This document shows positions 10,459 through 15,755 of a stretch of DNA of 15,755 nt, piece by piece (within the stretch, counting starts at the first letter, position 1; each line of letters opens with the position of its first letter). The position numbers and the translations under genes were made by a program. This DNA comes from a virus (Duplodnaviria > Heunggongvirae > Uroviricota > Caudoviricetes), in IMG/VR virus record IMGVR_UViG_2690316188_000011; one strand, written 5' to 3'. The notes under the pieces are model-generated. The model was not told the origin of the DNA. It saw only the letters and a list, made by a program, of their open reading frames with translations, and did not search any database.

Positions 10459-12206
10459 AACTGGCACCGAACTTAAAAAAACAGCCACGCGACAGACTGA
10501 CAGAGGTAATCATCTTTGCAGGTAGTGATGCGTGGAGCCATGCGAAAGAGTGGCGGGAATGGGCGGGTAAACATATTGCCGCCGACGATGTGCCGCCTGT
10601 CGTGCTGGCTGATGAGCAACTGAAAAATATCACCGATTACCGGATCATTGATGAAGATCGTCAGTGTGTGCGTGTTTACCGCGCAGGACATATCACAGAG
10701 CACAGCATGACGCAGATTGTTACGTTACTGGCTGTGGCTGGAGTGAAGACCGTACACGAATACGCGGGGATTACTGACACCAGCCCAGTGGATTTATCCG
10801 AGCAGTTGCCGCGACTCAAAGAGGAATGCGAGCGTGGGGAAAGTCTGGTGCTTAATCTTCCGACGAAGCAAAAGGCGCAACTTTCACAGATGGCAGACAG
10901 TGAACGTGCACAACTACTTGCCGATCGCTTTGATGGTGTGTGTGTTCATGCAGAAAGTGAAATCGTCCACGTATGGCGCGGCGGGGTATGGTGTCCGGTC
11001 AGCACAATGGAGCTGAGCCGCGAAATGGTGGCGATCTATTCAGAGCACAGGGCCACGTTCAGCAAACGTGTAATCAATAACGCCGTGGAAGCGTTAAAAG
11101 TTATTGCCGACCCCATGGGGGAGCCGTCCGGTGATTTGCTACCGTTCACTAATGGTGTGCTTAACCTGAAAACGGGGGAATTTTCTCCGCACTCGCCGGA
11201 GCACTGGAGCACCACGCACAATGGCATTGAGTACACGCCACCAGTAGCAGGGGAAAACATCCGCGATAATGCGCCAAATTTCCATAAATGGCTTGAACAT
11301 GCTGCAAGAAAAGACCCGCGTAAGATGATGCGTATATGTGCCGCGTTATACATGATTATGGCGAACCGCTACGACTGGCAGATGTTCATTGAGGCCACCG
11401 GAGACGGGGGAAGCGGTAAGAGTACATTTACCCATATTGCCACCCTGCTTGCTGGCAAACAGAACACCGTAAGCGCGGAGATGACATCACTCGATGATGC
11501 AGGAGGGCGCGCGCAGGTTGTCGGGAGTCGTCTTATCGTCCTTGCCGATCAGCCGAAATATACGGGGGAAGGCACGGGCATCAAGAAAATCACGGGAGGC
11601 GATCCCGTTGAAATTAACCCGAAATATGAGAAGCGATTCACGACGATAATAAGGGCGGTGGTACTGGCAACCAATAACGACCCGATGATCTTTACCGAAC
11701 GGGCCGGAGGTGTGTCACGCCGTCGGGTGATTTTCCGGTTCGACAACATTGTAAGGGAGGACGAAAAAGACAAGGAATTACCGGAAAAGATAGCGGCAGA
11801 AATCCCCGTAATTATCCGCCGCTTGCTGGCTAATTTTGCTGCCCCTGAAAAGGCACGGGCTTTATTACTGGAACAGCGTGACGGTGATGAAGCTCTGGCA
11901 ATAAAGCAGCAAACGGATCCGGTTGTTGAGCTTTGCGCGGCGCTGGAGTTTCTGGAGGAAGCTCGTGGGCTAATGATGGGCGGTGGTGGTGACACCGTGA
12001 AGTACACGACCAGAAACAGCCTTTACCGTGTCTATATGGCCTTCATGGCATACACAGGAAAGGGGAAATGTTTGAGCGTGAATGAGTTCGGAAAGGCTAT
12101 GAGGTCAGCGGCGAAAGTTTACGGATATGAATATATTACGCGAAAAGTTAAGGGAGTCACGCAGACCAACGCAACGACTACTGATGATTGCGATGCGTTT
12201 TTATAA
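10455..12206 (+). CDS. Replication initiator: primase / SF3-helicase fusion (P4 alpha / D5-like NTPase)
   Basis: 583 aa. Walker A P-loop GDGGSGKST in the sequence ...FIEATGDGGSGKSTFTHIATLLAG..., with a Walker-B-like hydrophobic stretch plus acidic residue (RLIVLADQP) downstream. An iteron array follows the stop, as in P4-type and PICI pri-rep/ori modules. Confidence 0.85.
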   Translation: MKLAPNLKKQPRDRLTEVIIFAGSDAWSHAKEWREWAGKHIAADDVPPVVLADEQLKNITDYRIIDEDRQCVRVYRAGHITEHSMTQIVTLLAVAGVKTVHEYAGITDTSPVDLSEQLPRLKEECERGESLVLNLPTKQKAQLSQMADSERAQLLADRFDGVCVHAESEIVHVWRGGVWCPVSTMELSREMVAIYSEHRATFSKRVINNAVEALKVIADPMGEPSGDLLPFTNGVLNLKTGEFSPHSPEHWSTTHNGIEYTPPVAGENIRDNAPNFHKWLEHAARKDPRKMMRICAALYMIMANRYDWQMFIEATGDGGSGKSTFTHIATLLAGKQNTVSAEMTSLDDAGGRAQVVGSRLIVLADQPKYTGEGTGIKKITGGDPVEINPKYEKRFTTIIRAVVLATNNDPMIFTERAGGVSRRRVIFRFDNIVREDEKDKELPEKIAAEIPVIIRRLLANFAAPEKARALLLEQRDGDEALAIKQQTDPVVELCAALEFLEEARGLMMGGGGDTVKYTTRNSLYRVYMAFMAYTGKGKCLSVNEFGKAMRSAAKVYGYEYITRKVKGVTQTNATTTDDCDAFL

Positions 12207-12217
12207 AAAATGGCAAT

Positions 12218-12452
12218 GGTTATCTACCTTGTCTACCTGACTGAAAGAAAATACTTTTATTTCAATGTATTAATGCAGGTAGATAACTATTTTTCACTGT
12301 CTACCTGTTATCTACCTTATCTACCCATTTTTGTAGACAGGTAAGGAGACGGGTAGAGATGAGGTAGACAGCTATTTGGGGCTGTCTACCTCCCTGAAAC
12401 CCGCGCCATTACTGGCCTGATAACTAATCAGGTAGACAAGGTAGACAAGGTG
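12218..12452. repeat. Iteron array: candidate origin of replication
   Basis: About 11 copies of the core TCTACC / GGTAGA (extended TGTCTACC / GGTAGACA) in both orientations, for example 12223, 12232, 12278 (rev), 12300, 12311, 12320, 12352 (rev), 12363 (rev), 12385, 12431 (rev), 12440 (rev). An AT-rich spacer at 12241-12275 may be an unwinding element. Confidence 0.7.
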
Positions 12453-12495
12453 GTGGTGCACAAAAAACTTTTTAAACGAGGGGGTAAAAATAAAA

Positions 12496-12753
12496 ATGCA
12501 CACATCAGGAAAACTGAACAAACATATAAAGCCACATTACCGCGCCCTTGATATGGCTGAACACTGGCTAAGGGTGGCGATTAAGGCAATAGACCGCAAC
12601 GCCGGGGAAGGATACGCGAAAGCACATCCCGAACTGATAAGCGCATTCATGACAACGGCGGCTGCAAACTTTGCCACGCTGACCGAACGGGAGATTGCTG
12701 AAGCGGAGGAAGTGACAACAATCAATATTAAGTCCGGAGAGCAGGCAGCATGA
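12496..12753 (+). CDS. Hypothetical 85-aa protein, translationally coupled to the SSB-like gene
   Basis: ATG 12496 with GAGGGGG upstream. Stop TGA 12751-12753 overlaps ATG 12750 of the next gene. Confidence 0.5.
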   Translation: MHTSGKLNKHIKPHYRALDMAEHWLRVAIKAIDRNAGEGYAKAHPELISAFMTTAAANFATLTEREIAEAEEVTTINIKSGEQAA

Positions 12754-13199
12754 CGGCGCAAATATCAGTTTACGGGCGGTTGGTGGACGACCCGCAGACA
12801 AAACAGACCAGCAAGGGCACCCCCATGACGCTGGCGCGTATGGCGGTATCACTGCCCTGCAGTCAGTCGGATGACGGTCTGGCGACGTTGTGGTTATCTG
12901 TCCTGGCGTTTGGCAGACAAGCCGACGCGCTGGCAAAGCATCACAAAGGCGAACTCCTGAGCGTGGCGGGTAACATGCAGATGAGCCAGTGGACTGGACA
13001 GAACGGCGAAACGCGGCAGGGCTGGCAGGTTATCGCAGACAGCGTAATCAGTGCGCGATCGGTGCGACCGGGCGGCAAAAAAGGCCAACAGGGGCAGGCT
13101 ACTGACGCACTGAACAGAGCAAAACAACAGGCAGATCAGCAAGGAAGCCAGCCACCAGAGGGAGATAATGAGCAATGGGGAGATGATATCCCGTTTTAA
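12750..13199 (+). CDS. Single-stranded DNA-binding protein (SSB-like OB fold with acidic C-terminal tail)
   Basis: 149 aa. N-terminal pattern ISVYGRLVDDPQTKQT...WLSVLAFGRQAD resembles the SSB OB fold (VxGRL..DPE ... W..V..FG). Gly/Gln-rich linker and C-terminus ...EQWGDDIPF, which matches the conserved SSB tail motif DDDIPF. Confidence 0.75.
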   Translation: MTAQISVYGRLVDDPQTKQTSKGTPMTLARMAVSLPCSQSDDGLATLWLSVLAFGRQADALAKHHKGELLSVAGNMQMSQWTGQNGETRQGWQVIADSVISARSVRPGGKKGQQGQATDALNRAKQQADQQGSQPPEGDNEQWGDDIPF

Positions 13200-13217
13200 A
13201 TATTGCCAATAAAAAAA

Positions 13218-13241
13218 GCCGGAAAAAATAAATTTTCCGGC
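13218..13241 (-). terminator. Hairpin with U-tract on the minus strand (leftward terminator-like)
   Basis: GCCGGAAAA (13218-13226), loop AATAAA, TTTTCCGGC (13233-13241). The A-run at 13211-13217 becomes a U-tract 3' of the hairpin only for leftward transcripts. Confidence 0.4.
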
Positions 13242-13415
13242 ATGCTACATAAATCCCGACCAAAGGGAGTGAAGATATTAACACTAATTGTCCGCACTGA
13301 AGTTGTCACCCCAAAACTTTATACAACATTGCACTCGGTTGCATGTGTTCGCATGACAAATATCGGTGATAGCATATATCCACAATTATTTTTAATGAAT
13401 GCAAAGAGGATGCGT

Positions 13416-14456
13416 ATGGTTGATTTATATTCGCCTACCCAGCTTGTACAGGTGGTTAATGCTGTAGATGTACAAAAACAACTAAATGCGTTGTTTACCA
13501 GTTTGTTTTTTACTCGCTCGGTAATGTTTGGATCGCGCGATATTATTCTTGATACAATCGACGATCCAAATATCCCAATTGCAGCGTTTTGTTCTCCTAT
13601 GGTGGGTAGTAAAGTTTCACGTGACGAAGGGTACGAATCAAAAACAATTCGTCCAGGCTATATGAAGCCGAAAAGCAGCATTGATCCAAATAAGTTAGCT
13701 GTGCGCCCTGCTGGTGTATCACCTGAGCAATACAATGCTTTTGGGGCGCGTAATATTAAAGTTAAACAGGCGATTGTAAATCAAGCTAAAGCTATTCGTG
13801 CACGTATTGAATGGCTTGCCGTTCAGGCAATCACAACGGGGAAAAATATCATTGAGGGCGATGGTATTGAACGTTATGAGCTGGACTGGAATATTAAACC
13901 ACAAAATATCATCACTCAGTCTGGCGGTACTGAGTGGTCAGGTAAGGATAAAGAAACTTTTGATCCAAATGATGATATTGAGAGCTACGCAGAATTTAGT
14001 GAGGGCGTCACTAATATCATCATTATGGGCGGTAATGTATGGAAGAAATACCGTTCATTCAGAGCGATAAAAGAGGCTCTGGATACCCGTCGTGGTTCTA
14101 ATTCCGAACTGGAAACGGCCCTTAAAGACCTTGGTGATTCGGTGAGTTTTAAAGGATATATGGGCGATGTTGCGATTGTTGTTTACAGCGGGCGTTATAC
14201 CGACGAGGACGGAACTGAAAAACATTTCCTTGATCCTGATTTGATGGTGCTTGGCAATACGGCTCTTCAGGGGATTGTCGCCTATGGCGGTATTCAGGAT
14301 CCGGAGCTAATCCGAATGGGGCTGACTAAAGCCGAACTTGCACCGAAAAACTATATTGTGCCTGGTGATCCGGCTATTGAATATGTGCAGACACATTCAG
14401 CACCACAGCCAATACCGGCCCGCATCAATCGTTTTGTTACCGTTCGCATTGGCTAA
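13416..14456 (+). CDS. Major capsid protein, lambda gpE family, divergent paralogue
   Basis: From ATG 13416 (AGAGGA at 13405-13410): MVDLYSPTQL...RPGYMKPKS...NIITQSGGTEWSGKDKETFDPNDDIESYA...YRSFRAIKEALDTRRGSNSELETALKDLGDSVSFKGYMGDVAIVVYSGRY...MVLGNT... Colinear with lambda gpE as I recall it (E has NITQSGGTEWSKRDKSTYDPTDDIEAYA...FRSFKAVKEKLDTRRGSNSELETAVKDLGKAVSYKGMYGDVAIVVYSGQY...MVLGNT) but clearly diverged. The ORF-track start at 13203 is rejected because it runs through a hairpin and a non-coding-looking leader. Confidence 0.85.
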   Translation: MVDLYSPTQLVQVVNAVDVQKQLNALFTSLFFTRSVMFGSRDIILDTIDDPNIPIAAFCSPMVGSKVSRDEGYESKTIRPGYMKPKSSIDPNKLAVRPAGVSPEQYNAFGARNIKVKQAIVNQAKAIRARIEWLAVQAITTGKNIIEGDGIERYELDWNIKPQNIITQSGGTEWSGKDKETFDPNDDIESYAEFSEGVTNIIIMGGNVWKKYRSFRAIKEALDTRRGSNSELETALKDLGDSVSFKGYMGDVAIVVYSGRYTDEDGTEKHFLDPDLMVLGNTALQGIVAYGGIQDPELIRMGLTKAELAPKNYIVPGDPAIEYVQTHSAPQPIPARINRFVTVRIG

Positions 14457-14465
14457 GGGGGAGCA

Positions 14466-14807
14466 ATGGCTACTCATTACACTGAACTCATGGCTGGCAC
14501 TGAAGCACTGGTGACTACGCTGGGGATATTTTCAGCTAATAAAGGGGTAATTCCTGCATTTACGCCACTGATGCAGGAAGATGCAACAGGTGCACTGGTG
14601 GTATGGGATGGTTCGAGCGTAGGTAAAGCGGTTTATGTTTCCGCTGTACAAATCGACACCGCGAAAAAAACACAGGCTCAGGTCTATAAGACAGGTGTCT
14701 TAAATGTTGATGCTCTGAACTGGCCTGAGTCTGTAAAAGAACTGTCAGTAAAGATTGCAGCGTTTGTTGGCTCAGGTATTTCTGTTCAGCCGCTGGCTCG
14801 TGTGTAA
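14466..14807 (+). CDS. Head decoration protein, gpD-like, divergent paralogue
   Basis: 113 aa. Shares the gpD landmarks TPLM, WDG, YK(S/T)G, WPE and AF.G..IS (…AFTPLMQEDATGALVVWDGSSVG…QVYKTGVLNVDALNWPES…AAFVGSGISVQ) with lambda D (…[22 protein letters not shown]…[18 protein letters not shown]…[11 protein letters not shown]). RBS AAGGGGGAG. Confidence 0.75.
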   Translation: MATHYTELMAGTEALVTTLGIFSANKGVIPAFTPLMQEDATGALVVWDGSSVGKAVYVSAVQIDTAKKTQAQVYKTGVLNVDALNWPESVKELSVKIAAFVGSGISVQPLARV

Positions 14808-14818
14808 AGGGGGATACA

Positions 14819-15202
14819 ATGCAAAATGATTACAATGACCTTAAGCCAATTGCCGAAATGATGTACCCGAATCCAGCTGTAGAGGAATTAAAAGCTATCG
14901 CTGACAAAATGTGTTTAAGCGAGCGCCTTGTTGATATGAATCAGGTGATGGAAATTACAACCCTGAGTCGGCGTACACTGCTAAACCTTGAGGCTAGTGG
15001 AGAGTTCCCGGAGCGTGTGCAGGTTACGGAAGGGCGTAAGGCCTGGTATTTAAGTGAAGTGATCGACTGGATAAATAATATTCCTCGCGCTTCTGAATAT
15101 TGCCGCGTACCTGTCCCAAAAAAGCCAGATGCGGCGCTATGCCTCAAGATTGAGCGTGTACGCCGCAATGCACGGGATGGTCGCTATAAGCTGATTGGTT
15201 GA
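14819..15202 (+). CDS. AlpA/MerR-like winged-HTH protein next to cos; candidate packaging-redirection (Rpp-like) factor
   Basis: 127 aa. Central segment MNQVMEITTLSRRTLLNLEASGEFPERVQVTEGRKAWYLSEVIDWI fits the AlpA / Nu1-N-terminal HTH pattern. Last gene before cos; RBS AAGGGGGA as in the two capsid genes. Confidence 0.55.
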   Translation: MQNDYNDLKPIAEMMYPNPAVEELKAIADKMCLSERLVDMNQVMEITTLSRRTLLNLEASGEFPERVQVTEGRKAWYLSEVIDWINNIPRASEYCRVPVPKKPDAALCLKIERVRRNARDGRYKLIG

Positions 15203-15227
15203 TGAAATTAGGGCCCGCTCTGGCTGG

Positions 15228-15447
15228 CGGGTCCTTTCCGGCGATCTGACAGGCTACGGGGCGTCAGGCGCGCGGATTTTCGCTATTTATGAAAATTTTC
15301 CGGTTTAAGGCGTTTCCGTTCTTCTTCGTCGTAACTTAATGTTTTTATTTAAAATACCCCCTGAAAAGAAAGGAAACGACAGGTGCTGAAAGCGAGCTTT
15401 TTGGCCTCTGTCGTTTCCTTTCTCTGTTTTTGTCCGTGGAATGAACA
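15228..15447. other. Lambdoid cos packaging site (cosQ-like, cosN-equivalent 15259-15270, cosB with R3/R2/R1 Nu1-binding elements)
   Basis: Colinear with the lambda right-end/left-end junction as I recall it. cosQ-like GGGTCCTTTCCGGCGATCTGACAGGCTACG. cosB CGCGGATTTTCGCTATTTATGAAAATTTTCCGG... with CGTTTCC at 15311-15317 (R3), GGAAACG at 15372-15378 (R2) and CGTTTCC at 15412-15418 (R1); R2 and R1 form an inverted repeat (GGAAACGACAG / CTGTCGTTTCC). Ends at the Nu1 start codon. Confidence 0.8.
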
Positions 15448-15755
15448 ATGGAAGTCAACAAAAAGCAGCTGGCTGACATTTTCGGTGCGAGTATCCGTAC
15501 CATTCAGAACTGGCAGGAACAGGGAATGCCCGTTCTGCGAGGCGGTGGCAAGGGTAATGAGGTGCTTTATGACTCTGCCGCCGTCATAAAATGGTATGCC
15601 GAAAGGGATGCTGAAATTGAGAACGAAAAGCTGCGCCGGGAGGTTGAAGAACTGCGGCAGGCCAGCGAGGCAGATCTCCAGCCAGGGACTATTGAGTACG
15701 AACGCCATCGACTTACGCGTGCGCAGGCCGACGCACAGGAACTGAAGAATGCCAG
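15448..15755 (+). CDS. nu1: Terminase small subunit gpNu1, 5' portion (continues at 1-323 across the circular junction)
   Basis: ATG 15448 gives [102 protein letters not shown], matching the lambda Nu1 N-terminus. It runs off the window end in the same frame in which position 1 enters. Confidence 0.95.
   Translation, partial: MEVNKKQLADIFGASIRTIQNWQEQGMPVLRGGGKGNEVLYDSAAVIKWYAERDAEIENEKLRREVEELRQASEADLQPGTIEYERHRLTRAQADAQELKNA
15671..15755. repeat. 85-bp terminal overlap identical to bases 1-85 (circular closure of the record)
   Basis: Exact identity of 15671-15755 with 1-85 (CAGATCTCCAGCCAGGGACTATTGAGTACG...GAAGAATGCCAG). Reading frames are continuous across the join. Confidence 0.9.

Noticed and set aside
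11549-12007. 152-aa minus-strand ORF inside the primase gene
   Set aside because: Fully antisense to the primase/helicase region containing the Walker A motif; low-complexity Ser-rich translation and no RBS.
12218-12452. Possible CRISPR array
   Set aside because: Repeat units are only 7-9 bp, occur in both orientations with irregular spacing, and lie next to a primase gene; this is an iteron origin pattern.
13203-13415. Upstream extension of the capsid ORF (ORF-track start at 13203, MPIKKAGKNKFSG...)
   Set aside because: The extension runs through a strong hairpin and an AT-rich leader, has no RBS, and the gpE-homologous sequence begins only at the Met at 13416, which has a good Shine-Dalgarno.

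Overview
The window is a closed circle of about 15.67 kb (bases 1-85 repeat at 15671-15755) and is a mosaic of two parts. Part one (about 15228 through the wrap to 5966) is a near-lambda packaging and head-initiation block: cosQ/cosN/cosB, Nu1, A, W, B, C with nested Nu3, D, and only the first 83 codons of the major capsid gene E. Part two (about 5967-15227) is a satellite-like island of PICI/P4 type, transcribed almost entirely on the + strand: P4-family tyrosine integrase, AlpA, a cluster of small overlapping ORFs, a P4-type primase/helicase with a downstream iteron origin, an SSB-like protein, a divergent lambda-E-family capsid protein, a divergent gpD-like decoration protein, and an AlpA/Nu1-like HTH protein directly before cos. 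The only leftward unit is an AT-rich two-gene operon (ribbon-helix-helix protein plus a 449-aa protein I cannot place in any family) sitting behind a perfect 12-bp inverted-repeat operator; this is the best candidate for an undescribed system, probably defence or exclusion cargo. No rRNA, tRNA, CRISPR array or transposase was seen. All identifications are by reading the translations against remembered family features; no database search was run.
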